A stretch of 64,000 nucleotides of DNA, from positions 909,249 through 973,248 of the forward strand of contig OY763926.1 of the NCBI GenBank assembly GCA_963667715.1, given 5' to 3'. A model generated the notes under the pieces. The model was not told where the DNA came from, made no database searches, and saw only the letters and a program-made list of their open reading frames with translations. Positions 29,200 to 38,648 of the stretch are shown here, one piece after another. Within the stretch, counting starts at the first letter, position 1, and every line of letters begins with the position of its first letter. Origin of the DNA: Sedimentisphaerales bacterium (GTDB lineage: Bacteria > Planctomycetota > Phycisphaerae > Sedimentisphaerales > SM23-30). Made by a program: the position numbers and the translations under genes.

Positions 29200-31599
29200 A
29201 TGAGATCATTAACATTATTGAAGGCTGGTATTTTACCAGTTCTGCATATACTTTGTGTATGCGCGTCGGCAGCTACAGTACAGAATTTTCAGGGTGGTAC
29301 AGGCCAAAGTCCATATAACCTATCGCAATATGGAAATTCACCAGCGGCATCGGTCTCAAGTGGAGCGTTAACTATGCTTAGTGGTGCTGGCGGTCAGGAT
29401 AATGTTATCGCATTTTCACGGACAGATGCCGGGAAGTATGGTCGAATTACAGCTCAGTGGGATATGAAAATGGGCAGTGGTGCAGATGGTTATAATTTTA
29501 CACTGCTAAACACAGCAAATTATGGCAATTCTGGAGCACGTGGTACTATCTCTGGTGCTGAAGAGGAGCCAGTTGTTAATAATTCATTTTCAGTTGCATT
29601 TGATATTTACTGTAAGGATTATGATGGTAACCTGGGTGAACACGAGATATCACTTCACCTTGACGGCGTAGAAAGAGCGAATAAATGGAGTGGTTTTGAC
29701 TATAGGAATAATAGTTTTGACCATGTGATAGTAGATATTGATTTTGTTGCTGGTGGAGCTGAGATAACACTTTCTGTTGGCGGGACAAAGGTCTATGACA
29801 AGTATTTTCTGGCTGGATTGTTCCCTTATGAAAGTCGTGTATCATTTGGTGCCCGTACCGGTGGAGTTAGTACAAACCTGAGCCTGGATAATATAAATGT
29901 GGTATATGATGAGCCGGTGACAAGTGTGGAAGAACCTATAGTTGTCAGGGCTTTTGATCAGCAGCTTATGAATGGGCCGGCACGTGATGTTGAGGGCTAT
30001 TTTGATTTTCCAGCGGCACCAGAGCCGTATGAGCGAGTGGTAATGAAGTTTACCGTGGAAGAGCCGCCAGCAGGGTGGGACCCATGGGATAGATTAATGA
30101 ATATTAGTGTATGGGACGGCGAAACCAGATATGAGATAGCCAGATTTATGACACCATATTCCAGGGCTGGAGTCTGGTATTTTGATGTGACAGATTATCA
30201 GTATATATTAAAGGGTAATAAGAAGCTGAGTATGTTCTGTGATACCTGGTGGTATACAGAGAATGCTGGTTATTTGTTTACAACTGATTTTGAATTTTAT
30301 AAAGGTAATCCTATCCGTAAGGTTGTTGGTATCCAGAATCTGTGGGTTGGTACTCCTATGTATGGTGACCAGAACGACCAGACAATGTCGAATTTCTTTA
30401 CTGATAAGAATATCCTTATTCCAGGTAATGCCGATCAGACGAAGTTGAGGTTTATGGTAACTGGCCACGGTCAGGCTCCGAATGCAGATAATGCGGCAGA
30501 GTTTCTGGTACGTGGTCGTACGGTTACCGTGAATAATAACAGCTTTTATAATGTACTATGGAAGAATGATTGTTATTTGAATGTGTGCAGGCCACAGAGT
30601 GGTACCTGGGTGTATAGTCGTGCAGGCTGGGCGCCAGGTGACGCAGTTACACCATGGGAGCTGGACGTATCTGATCTGGTGACACCAGGTAGTTATTCTG
30701 CGATAGATTATACAGCTGATCCTTATTATAACTCATCTCCGAACTGGGAAAATGTTTCGAGACATTGGGTTGAATCTCAGATAGTGTTTTATGAAGACTA
30801 TAGTCCTGATGCGGCGGCCAGTTGGGCGATGGAAGAAGGCGAGGGAGCATATGTATACGATGGTTCTGGAAATGAGAAAACCGGTACCTTACGCAATATG
30901 TCACAGGATAATTGGGTGCTGGCTCGCGGTTGCGGCGGGCTGGGGTTTGATGGTGTGAATGATTATGTTGAGATAAGCGGTTATAAAGGTGTAACTGGCG
31001 GGTTAAGCCGTAGCTGTTGTGCCTGGATTAAAACTGAATATGCAAATGGTCAGATAATGAGCTGGGGAACTCTTGGCACGGGTACTAAGTGGGTGGTAAG
31101 GACTAACGGTGACGGCAGTTTGCGAGCAGAAGTGCAGGGCGGTGCCATTTACGGTTCGACTTATGTTGCAGACGGCAGATGGCACTATGTAGCTGTTGTG
31201 CTGGCTGATGACGGCAGTACAGATATCTCAGAAGCGAAACTTTATGTTGACGGTTATGAAGATGTTATCGGTGCTGCTTCAGCTTCGCCAGTAAATACTG
31301 GTATGGATAATGTTAAGATCGGTGTGTTTACCGGGTTATCTAATTATTACTCTGGTCAGATCGATAATGTAGAGATATATGGGCGTGCTCTTAGCTCTGA
31401 TGAGATATATCAGAAGTATGTTTCCAGTGCTCTTACTGTTGATGTGGTTAAGGATAATGTGATAGATATGCAGGATTTTGCTATGTTGGCGGAGAGCTGG
31501 CTGGATGTGTCGTCTGGTTATGATGTAACCTGTGATGGTGTTGTAGGGCTGGATGATATTGCGGTGTTTGCTGATCAGTGGCTTGACAGTCTTGAGTGA
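29200..31599 (+). CDS. Secreted modular peptide-N-glycosidase F-like protein (lectin-like N-terminus, PNGase F domains, LamG, dockerin-like tail)
   Basis: Signal peptide; GADG..F / FGARTGG lectin-like domain; DPWDR, YEIARFMTPY, WYFDVTDY, TGHG..AEF, RAGWAPG. LamG (DGRWHYV...GQIDNVEIY); DVVKDNVIDMQDF...DVTCDGVVGLDDI..F..QWL. Confidence 0.82.
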   Translation: MRSLTLLKAGILPVLHILCVCASAATVQNFQGGTGQSPYNLSQYGNSPAASVSSGALTMLSGAGGQDNVIAFSRTDAGKYGRITAQWDMKMGSGADGYNFTLLNTANYGNSGARGTISGAEEEPVVNNSFSVAFDIYCKDYDGNLGEHEISLHLDGVERANKWSGFDYRNNSFDHVIVDIDFVAGGAEITLSVGGTKVYDKYFLAGLFPYESRVSFGARTGGVSTNLSLDNINVVYDEPVTSVEEPIVVRAFDQQLMNGPARDVEGYFDFPAAPEPYERVVMKFTVEEPPAGWDPWDRLMNISVWDGETRYEIARFMTPYSRAGVWYFDVTDYQYILKGNKKLSMFCDTWWYTENAGYLFTTDFEFYKGNPIRKVVGIQNLWVGTPMYGDQNDQTMSNFFTDKNILIPGNADQTKLRFMVTGHGQAPNADNAAEFLVRGRTVTVNNNSFYNVLWKNDCYLNVCRPQSGTWVYSRAGWAPGDAVTPWELDVSDLVTPGSYSAIDYTADPYYNSSPNWENVSRHWVESQIVFYEDYSPDAAASWAMEEGEGAYVYDGSGNEKTGTLRNMSQDNWVLARGCGGLGFDGVNDYVEISGYKGVTGGLSRSCCAWIKTEYANGQIMSWGTLGTGTKWVVRTNGDGSLRAEVQGGAIYGSTYVADGRWHYVAVVLADDGSTDISEAKLYVDGYEDVIGAASASPVNTGMDNVKIGVFTGLSNYYSGQIDNVEIYGRALSSDEIYQKYVSSALTVDVVKDNVIDMQDFAMLAESWLDVSSGYDVTCDGVVGLDDIAVFADQWLDSLE

Positions 31600-31646
31600 T
31601 AAAGAAGTTCCAACAGTGTGTTGGTGTATTGGATAATATGATAAAT

Positions 31647-31683
31647 AAAAAAGGTACAGCATTGATCGCTGTACCTTTTTTTT
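31647..31683. terminator. Bidirectional intrinsic terminator
   Basis: AAAAAAGGTACAGC...GCTGTACCTTTTTTTT between convergent genes. Confidence 0.88.
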
Positions 31684-31706
31684 ATGTTGTAGTGAATAGC
31701 TTGGGA

Positions 31707-33557
31707 TTATATCTGCTGGTTGTTATTGCCAGTTTCAGATTTTGATATCTGGTTATCGGCTTCGGCAGCGGCTTGTGGATTAAATTCATGCCACAGGCCT
31801 TTTTCATCGATTCCCAGTAATCCCATGTCACGCTGGAGTTGCAGCTCAGCCATTCGGTATGCGATAACGCTTGAAGTGATATTGTTTTTCGCATTCAGGA
31901 GAGAGTTTTCTGCTTCGAGCAGGTCACGCATCTGTGCACGGCCGGCGTCCATGAACATGCTTGCACTACGAACGCGGTCTCCGGCAAGTCTTACTGATTC
32001 AGCCTGGATCTGCAAACTGTTGCGTTTGTCTTTTAGATCTCTAAGTTCGCTACGGATATTGAGCTTGATATCGTCTTCCAGACTTTGGCATGACCGTACA
32101 GCACGGCGAAGAGATAGTAGGCTGTTTCTGTAGTTGTTTCGTTCCTGTACTCTGTCTAACGGTAGATCAAGAGTGAGGAAAGCGGAATAATTACCATCTC
32201 TTATGTCAAGGTCATTGTCTGGGCTTAGTCCGTACTGAGCGGAGCCACCCAGTGATAATTCAGCTCTGAGCTGATCAGCAAGAATTATCACTGATCGCTG
32301 ACTGTCATATATTTCAGCTTTTGAGTTCTTAAGGTCTAGACGATTTTCGAGGGCGTATTTAACTGCACGGTTTTCGTCGATTTCGAATGGGCCTGGTATA
32401 TCGTTAAATATAACCTTGTCTTCCCGGGCAGGAGTAAGATCGAGGTTCAGGGCTTTTTCGGTATATGCTACAACCTTATCAAGTTCACTGGTATCGAGTT
32501 CGATCTGAGCGTCAGTTGGCAGTCCAAGTAATATTTTAAATGTGTCAACCGCTGTTTTATATGTTTCCTGACTACTGAGCCAGCTATTGCGTGCACTAAG
32601 CTCACCTTGTATCGCCTGGTCACGCTGTATATTTGTCATTCTACCGGCATCTGCAAGGTCGCGAGAACGATCGGCAGATGTTTTCAGACTTTTATAATTT
32701 GCTTCAGCATTCAATATCTGGTTATGTATTCTGAGTACATTGTAGTAGCTGTTTGCTATGGAAATTGCGAAAGACTTTTTATATCTTTCAAAATTGTATA
32801 TAGCGTATACGAGGTTTCGCTGGGCCTGGGTTAGGCCTTCGGTGGTGATGAACTCGCCTGAACCTCTTAACAGAGGTACTGTGACAGAAGCGTCGGCTGC
32901 GGTACTATGGCTGGAGTCATGTCCAAAGGTAAGCATTTTTGCTATGGCGTAGCCGATGCTGGCTGAAATTCGTGTTCCATTTTTAAAACGACGAGATACT
33001 CCGCCGTCGACAGAGTCTGAAAGTACGGCAGAGTCTGAGCCGGTATAGCTGGTAGAAGCAGAAACAGAGTTACTTACGTTACCAGAGTATATGTTTTCAA
33101 AATAATGTTCCTGCAGGTCAAGTTGCAGGGCAGTCGAAAAGACAGACTCTTTATTCTGCTGATAACTGAAGTTATGGGCGGCGGCCATCTGTAATGCGTC
33201 CAGCAGCGATATTTTAATTGGCTGTGCATATTTACTGTTATCAGAAATATCTACTTTAGCTGGATAATCCTTTTCAGGCCAGAGTTCCGGTTTTGACAGA
33301 TTTTCAATGCCAAGAGAGAATTCGCCGGAGGTTTGCAGGCCTTGAGCTTCGAATACCCTGCGTCTGAGCTGGTCTTCCGGGCTTTCGATAGAGAAAACAG
33401 ATTCGCGGTCGAAGAGTTCCTTTTCAGTCTGATGGATAAGGTCGTAAGCTGCCTTGTCAGCATCTTTTCGATATGTTTCGGGAGATTTGCAGCCGGAGAC
33501 AGCCATGGCTGCGATAAGGCTCAGGGAAATTGCTTTGCCAACATTCTTTTTCCGCAT
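31707..33557 (-). CDS. TolC-family outer-membrane lipoprotein
   Basis: Lipobox AVSGC; two OEP-like repeats (VTVPLLRG, LDLPLDR, DLLEAENSLL). Confidence 0.85.
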   Translation of the reverse strand: MRKKNVGKAISLSLIAAMAVSGCKSPETYRKDADKAAYDLIHQTEKELFDRESVFSIESPEDQLRRRVFEAQGLQTSGEFSLGIENLSKPELWPEKDYPAKVDISDNSKYAQPIKISLLDALQMAAAHNFSYQQNKESVFSTALQLDLQEHYFENIYSGNVSNSVSASTSYTGSDSAVLSDSVDGGVSRRFKNGTRISASIGYAIAKMLTFGHDSSHSTAADASVTVPLLRGSGEFITTEGLTQAQRNLVYAIYNFERYKKSFAISIANSYYNVLRIHNQILNAEANYKSLKTSADRSRDLADAGRMTNIQRDQAIQGELSARNSWLSSQETYKTAVDTFKILLGLPTDAQIELDTSELDKVVAYTEKALNLDLTPAREDKVIFNDIPGPFEIDENRAVKYALENRLDLKNSKAEIYDSQRSVIILADQLRAELSLGGSAQYGLSPDNDLDIRDGNYSAFLTLDLPLDRVQERNNYRNSLLSLRRAVRSCQSLEDDIKLNIRSELRDLKDKRNSLQIQAESVRLAGDRVRSASMFMDAGRAQMRDLLEAENSLLNAKNNITSSVIAYRMAELQLQRDMGLLGIDEKGLWHEFNPQAAAEADNQISKSETGNNNQQI

Positions 33558-33584
33558 ATTATCTACTCCTGGGGGGGGATTAAT

Positions 33585-33661
33585 GGTAAAAGGTAAAAAG
33601 TAAAAATACTGTTTTTTCTTCGTGTATTTACCTTTTACTTTCCTACTTTTAACCTTTTACT
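33585..33661. repeat. Facing heptamer repeats GGTAAAA / TTTTACY forming a hairpin
   Basis: GGTAAAA GGTAAAA AGTAAAA ATAC...GTAT TTACC TTTTACT ... TTTAACC TTTTACT. Confidence 0.6.
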
Positions 33662-33663
33662 TA

Positions 33664-33993
33664 TTATTTTTGTATCTGGGCGTCGATCTCGCTTTTAACT
33701 TTATTCATAAGTTCGACGAAATCAACCTGTTTGGCGGTGATGTTTTTCAATGTTTGATTTAGTGCCATTTGCTGTTCCAGGTCACGCATCTTGTGCTTAT
33801 CTGAAACTTCTATCGGGCTGCCGCTCATTTCAAGCTTTTCTATGTGCTCGGCCTGTTTCTGATATTCCTGAAGCAGTTCTTGTGCCTGCTGGTCAGAATC
33901 CAGAGCCTTTTCCATTTCTTTTAGGGCTTTAGTCCGTTCGTTAGCGGCGATCATTTGACCGAGCTTACGAGCCTGTTCGATTATTTCCTGCAT
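33664..33993 (-). CDS. YlbF/YmcA (Com_YlbF) family regulator
   Basis: ~110-aa helical protein: IIEQARKLGQMIA...AQELLQEYQ...QVDFVELMNKV; ATG at 33993. Confidence 0.78.
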   Translation of the reverse strand: MQEIIEQARKLGQMIAANERTKALKEMEKALDSDQQAQELLQEYQKQAEHIEKLEMSGSPIEVSDKHKMRDLEQQMALNQTLKNITAKQVDFVELMNKVKSEIDAQIQK

Positions 33994-34066
33994 AACTTTA
34001 TCCTTCTGTTTAGCGACCTGAAATCTGGTCGTCTTTGGCATAACGAAAAAAACAAATAGATATTGC

Positions 34067-34164
34067 AAAAAAAAAGACAGTTATCAGTAATAATCACTAG
34101 TTAAAAATTCGTCATAACTGGTTAAAGTACAAAGCTTAACTGGCGATTATTGACTGATAACTGT
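34067..34164 (-). terminator. Long (~28-bp) hairpin with U-tract downstream of frr
   Basis: ACAGTTATCAGTAATAATCACTAGTTAA...TTAACTGGCGATTATTGACTGATAACTGT, preceded by A9. Confidence 0.65.
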
Positions 34165-34172
34165 TAGTATGC

Positions 34173-34748
34173 TTAAACTTCCATGATCTCAGCGGTTTTA
34201 ACCTTTACGATCTCGTCGATATTATCACAGTATTTTTTGGTAATATCGTCCATTTCGATTTTGCCCTTATCACGTTCGTCTTCGGTGATAGCTTTGTCTT
34301 TTTCGGCCTGTTCGATAGACTTGATATTGTCACGGCGAGCATTTCTGACTGTGACCTTTGCCTGTTCGCCGAGCTGTTTAACCTGGTTACCCAGCTGCTG
34401 ACGACGTTCACCACTTAGTGGTGGTATAGCCAGACGGATGATCCTGCCATCGTTTTGAGGGTTGAGTCCCAGGTTAGCAGCAACGATAGCTTTTTCGATC
34501 TCTTTGATGCTTGATGCATCGAAAGGTTTGATAACGATCAGGTTGGCTTCAGGAGCAGAGATATTGGCCAGCTGGTTGAGCGGGGTAGGAGCTCCGTAGT
34601 ATGAGGCTGACAGGTGGTCAACAAGAGAAGTTGATGCACGGCCAGTTCTCAGACCCTTGAGTTCGTTTTTAAGATGATCAACAGTTTTAGTCATCTTTTC
34701 ATCTGCTTCCAGAATAATTTCTTCAATTGAAATTGGTTCATCTGCCAT
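34173..34748 (-). CDS. frr: Ribosome recycling factor
   Basis: LRTGRAS, YYGAPTPLNQLA, LNPQNDG, PPLSGERR, VRNARRD. Confidence 0.97.
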   Translation of the reverse strand: MADEPISIEEIILEADEKMTKTVDHLKNELKGLRTGRASTSLVDHLSASYYGAPTPLNQLANISAPEANLIVIKPFDASSIKEIEKAIVAANLGLNPQNDGRIIRLAIPPLSGERRQQLGNQVKQLGEQAKVTVRNARRDNIKSIEQAEKDKAITEDERDKGKIEMDDITKKYCDNIDEIVKVKTAEIMEV

Positions 34749-34793
34749 AATAATAAATTCCTTATAATTTGAGTAACAGGGATTTTGATCTGT

Positions 34794-35519
34794 TTAAACT
34801 TTGTTTTTAACTCTGGTTCCGGCGTTTTCGCCTTTTACTACTCTTTCGACTGTACCTGCTTTGGTAAGGTTACAGACGATAATATCGATATTGTTTTCTT
34901 TGCACAGGGTAATTGCACTGTGATCCATAACTCTCAGGTCGTCTTTGATAACCTGGTCGAAGGTTAGTTCGTCATAGAGTTTTGCACTAGGGTCTTTGAC
35001 CGGGTCAGCGGTATATACGCCATCAACTTTAGTGGCCTTAATAACTACGTCCGCGTCAATTTCGACGGCACGCAGCGCGGCACAAGTATCAGTTGTGAAG
35101 AAAGGGTTTCCGGTTCCGCCAGCGAGCACAACTATCTTACCCTCATCAAGCAGGCTTTTGGCTCTGCGGCTGGTAAAGCGGTCGCAAACGGCATGCATTT
35201 CAACAGCTGATAGGCAAACAGCAGGGGTGCCCATGCCGGAGAGGACGTCAGTAAGTGCCAGAGAGTTTATTACAGTTGCAAGCATACCCATCTGGTCCGC
35301 AGTTACGCGTCCGATAGTTGCCTGGCTGCTCAATGTTGCACCACGAACAATATTGCCGGCCCCGCAAACAAGAGCCACCTGTAACCCAGCTTTGCTTAAT
35401 GCTGATATTTGGCTGCAAACGGCATTTATTTCTTCGGGCTCCAGGCCGATGCCGCCGCCGCTGAGTCCTTCGCCGCTAATTTTGAGCAGAACCCTTTTGT
35501 ATTTTAGATTTTCACTCAT
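34794..35519 (-). CDS. pyrH: UMP kinase
   Basis: RVLLKISGEGL, GAGNIVRG, DQMGMLATVIN, GTGNPFFTTD, VDGVYTADP. Confidence 0.97.
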   Translation of the reverse strand: MSENLKYKRVLLKISGEGLSGGGIGLEPEEINAVCSQISALSKAGLQVALVCGAGNIVRGATLSSQATIGRVTADQMGMLATVINSLALTDVLSGMGTPAVCLSAVEMHAVCDRFTSRRAKSLLDEGKIVVLAGGTGNPFFTTDTCAALRAVEIDADVVIKATKVDGVYTADPVKDPSAKLYDELTFDQVIKDDLRVMDHSAITLCKENNIDIIVCNLTKAGTVERVVKGENAGTRVKNKV

Positions 35520-35769
35520 AATTTCATGTAATCCTTTACTTAAGCTATACTTGTAGAATTAGTAATAAAGGTACGCCCAGTAGGCGACGTTTATAAACTT
35601 ATATTTTAATGACCATAATGGTAACTGGCAATAATAAAATGGTAGATGAAATGGAGGGTATGGGTAGAAGAAGTAAAAAATATTATAGGACTTTTGCTTG
35701 ACCAATTAGCAAATATAGTTAAGCTGGTTCTGGCGTCTATCTAATTTACCTAATTTAATTTGAAAGGGT

Positions 35770-36603
35770 ATGGGTATGGTTTCTGGAATAATTAGCAGGG
35801 ATATTATAGCCAGAAGATGTCCACAGTGTAATGCCAGCTCGGAATATGCAGTCGAGTTGAGCTATTCAGATCAGCAGTGGCATGTTAAACAGTGTTCGTG
35901 TTGTAAGTTCGTGTATCTTGACAGTTTTCCCGCTTTTGAGGAATTGGCAGAAGAATATTCCTGGGAAAGGACTTCTTCGCTTCATACTGAGAAGAAGAAG
36001 CAGAAAAACCCCGTTTTGAGCTGGCTGAGCAGGGCTACCCGCTGGCGATTAAAGATATTTAAACGAAAGATCGCATCCTATTTTAAGTATATTTCGCCGG
36101 GTAATATTGTTGATATTGGTTGCGGCAGGGGAGGTTACCTGGCTGGATTATCAAAGGATTATACACCGTTTGGAATAGAGATAGCCTCAGCCGAAGCTCA
36201 TATTGCCAATGACAGGGTGGCTGGCAGAGGTGGTAAGGTGATTAATATGCCGGCACTTGAAGGAGCGAGGGAGTTTTCTGATAATTTTGCCAGTGGTATC
36301 GTTATGCACGCATTTCTGGAGCATGAACCGTTTCCTTTACAAGTTTTGGAAGAGGCGTATCGTATCTTACTGCCAGATGGAGCACTAATAATTAAAGTGC
36401 CAAACTACAATAGTATCAATCGTTTAGTTCTTGGCGGGAAATGGTCTGGTTTTCGGCTGCCTGAACATCTGAACTATTTTACGCCCAATTCTCTTGTGAA
36501 GATGTGTGATAAGGCTGGTTTTGATGTTAGAAAGTTCAGCTTAATGAACAGGTTGCCTTTTAGCGATAATATGTGGCTGATCCTGAAAAAGAAACGATCT
36601 TGA
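35770..36603 (+). CDS. Class I SAM-dependent methyltransferase with N-terminal Cys pairs
   Basis: CPQC...CSCC; VDIGCGRG SAM motif; FLEH, KVPN, PEHLNYF. Confidence 0.85.
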   Translation: MGMVSGIISRDIIARRCPQCNASSEYAVELSYSDQQWHVKQCSCCKFVYLDSFPAFEELAEEYSWERTSSLHTEKKKQKNPVLSWLSRATRWRLKIFKRKIASYFKYISPGNIVDIGCGRGGYLAGLSKDYTPFGIEIASAEAHIANDRVAGRGGKVINMPALEGAREFSDNFASGIVMHAFLEHEPFPLQVLEEAYRILLPDGALIIKVPNYNSINRLVLGGKWSGFRLPEHLNYFTPNSLVKMCDKAGFDVRKFSLMNRLPFSDNMWLILKKKRS

Positions 36604-36610
36604 TGTAAGT

Positions 36611-37069
36611 TTACTCAGTCAGATTATATTTGCGACTGATAATATCCAAAGCTTCAGCATTTTTGGGCCATTTGAACATCGGTATGGCATCGCAGGCTTT
36701 TTTCCAGCAGTATTCTGTATGTTCTTCTGATAGGATTGGTGTGGCGTTATCTGCTAATTGTGCTACAAAAACATATTCGATAAGCTGTTTTACTGCAGGG
36801 TCATAGTTATATTTTGATGCCCATTCTGGTCTGACGGTTATAGTGTATTTGAGTTCTGTTTGGAGAATGTTAAGTGGCTTAAGTGCGGTTTCTTCCATCA
36901 TTTCTCGCAGAGCTGCCTGTAGTAGCTTTTCGCCTGGTTCAATAGCACCGGTTATTCCCTGCCAGAAACTACCGCGAGAGGGACTGCGTTTAAGGAGCAG
37001 CCACATCTGCTGGTCATTAATGATCTTATAACAGTAGATAAGTATTTGTGTTGGTTCTCTATACGTCAT
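36611..37069 (-). CDS. NUDIX hydrolase (NudB/dATP pyrophosphohydrolase-like)
   Basis: LLLKR, FWQGITGAIEPGE..LQAALREMMEET Nudix box, LSEEH. Confidence 0.88.
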   Translation of the reverse strand: MTYREPTQILIYCYKIINDQQMWLLLKRSPSRGSFWQGITGAIEPGEKLLQAALREMMEETALKPLNILQTELKYTITVRPEWASKYNYDPAVKQLIEYVFVAQLADNATPILSEEHTEYCWKKACDAIPMFKWPKNAEALDIISRKYNLTE

Positions 37070-37099
37070 CGTAGTAGCGATGTTTTGTAAGGTTATAGG

Positions 37100-38602
37100 C
37101 TACTTTTTCCAGAAGCTTGGCACCATCAGGCAGAAAATAGCCATTATTTCCAGACGGCCAAGGATCATCAGCAGACTAAGCAGTAATTTGGATGTTGGCG
37201 TCATGAAAGCGAAGTTTTGAGTGGCACCTACAAGGTTAAGGCCCGGGCCAATATTATTCAAGGTAGCGGCAACAGATGAGAACGCTGTTTCTATGTCGAT
37301 ATTACTTTCGAGTCCAAGTAGTAAAATAGTGGAGATGAAGGCGATTAGTATGACCATGCCAACGTAAACGCCGATAGTGCGACAGTGTGCGTCTTCGATA
37401 GGTTGCGATCCGATACGGACAGGCTTGATAAGTGATGGGCGGAATGTTTTTTGGGTCTCAGCAACAATGAGTTTGAAAAATAGCATAAGGCGAAAGACTT
37501 TTATTCCACCTCCAGTTGAACCGGCGGAACCACCGACAAACATAAGGGCAACCAAGAGCCAGCGAGAAAAGTTTGGCCATTTGTCAAAGTCATCAGAGCC
37601 GTAGCCAGTGGTTGTCATTACTGATACAACCTGGAAGCTCGCTGATCTTAACGCTTTACCGAACTTATATACCAGAGCGTCATGAGTGATGAGGTCAAGA
37701 GTTATAAGTATGGTAGCGGTAAGCAGGATAAGCAGATAAATTCTCAGCTCAGAATTTTTAATGACATTTCGCCACTTACCCTGAATGAGCTCTGCGTAGA
37801 GGTTAAAGTTCATACCGGCAAGCACCATAAAAACAATGATTACGATTTCGATGCAGAGATGGTTGTAGAAGCCTATACTAGCGTTTCTGGTACTGAACCC
37901 GCCAGTTGCCATAGTGCCGAAAGTATGACATAGCGACTCAAACAGGTCCATGCCAAGAGCCATAAGGCATATGGTAAGAGCCAGAGAGATGGCCATGTAT
38001 ATCTTCCAGAGCAGCATAGCAGTTTGTTTGATGCGTGGTCTGACACTTTCTGCGATCGGGCCGGGCACCTCGCTGTTGAACATAAACTTTGCTGCAGGGC
38101 CAATTTGGGTAAGGATAGCAACAAAGAGAACTACAATACCCATACCGCCGAGCCAGTGGGTAAGACTACGCCAGAATAGTATCGCTCTGGGCAGATCCTC
38201 AGGAGAAGGGAAAATACTGGCTCCGGTAGTAGTAAAGCCGCTTATTGATTCAAAAACAGCGGCAGCGATGCGTCCGTATAGAGTGGGGTAGAGCTCTGTC
38301 ATAACACCGCTGAACAGATAAGGCAGTGAGCCTAGCGTGCCACAGATAAGCCAGCCAAGTCCAACGACGGCGATAGCTTCCTTTCTGAACATTTCTTTTT
38401 TCTTATCAGGTTCACGTCCGCCGAGTACAAAAAGCACTCCAATGAGCAGGCAAACCAGCACTGAGTATATGATAGAGTAAATAATATTAGTATTATTATC
38501 TTTTTGGTAATCTATTAGAGCCCATATGAGAGAGCTGCTTATACAGCATCCTACGAGAATAACGAGAATACCGAGTTGTCTTAGAATCAGCTTGAGGTTC
38601 AT
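37100..38602 (-). CDS. trkH: Trk potassium uptake membrane protein TrkH
   Basis: Pore loops SGFTTTGAS, TMATGGFS, TTTGY and NNIGPG; GSTGGGIK; GRLE. Confidence 0.95.
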   Translation of the reverse strand: MNLKLILRQLGILVILVGCCISSSLIWALIDYQKDNNTNIIYSIIYSVLVCLLIGVLFVLGGREPDKKKEMFRKEAIAVVGLGWLICGTLGSLPYLFSGVMTELYPTLYGRIAAAVFESISGFTTTGASIFPSPEDLPRAILFWRSLTHWLGGMGIVVLFVAILTQIGPAAKFMFNSEVPGPIAESVRPRIKQTAMLLWKIYMAISLALTICLMALGMDLFESLCHTFGTMATGGFSTRNASIGFYNHLCIEIVIIVFMVLAGMNFNLYAELIQGKWRNVIKNSELRIYLLILLTATILITLDLITHDALVYKFGKALRSASFQVVSVMTTTGYGSDDFDKWPNFSRWLLVALMFVGGSAGSTGGGIKVFRLMLFFKLIVAETQKTFRPSLIKPVRIGSQPIEDAHCRTIGVYVGMVILIAFISTILLLGLESNIDIETAFSSVAATLNNIGPGLNLVGATQNFAFMTPTSKLLLSLLMILGRLEIMAIFCLMVPSFWKK

Positions 38603-38648
38603 TTAGTGTTCCAGAATTATTATATTTACAAAGCTGTTTGGGGAAATA

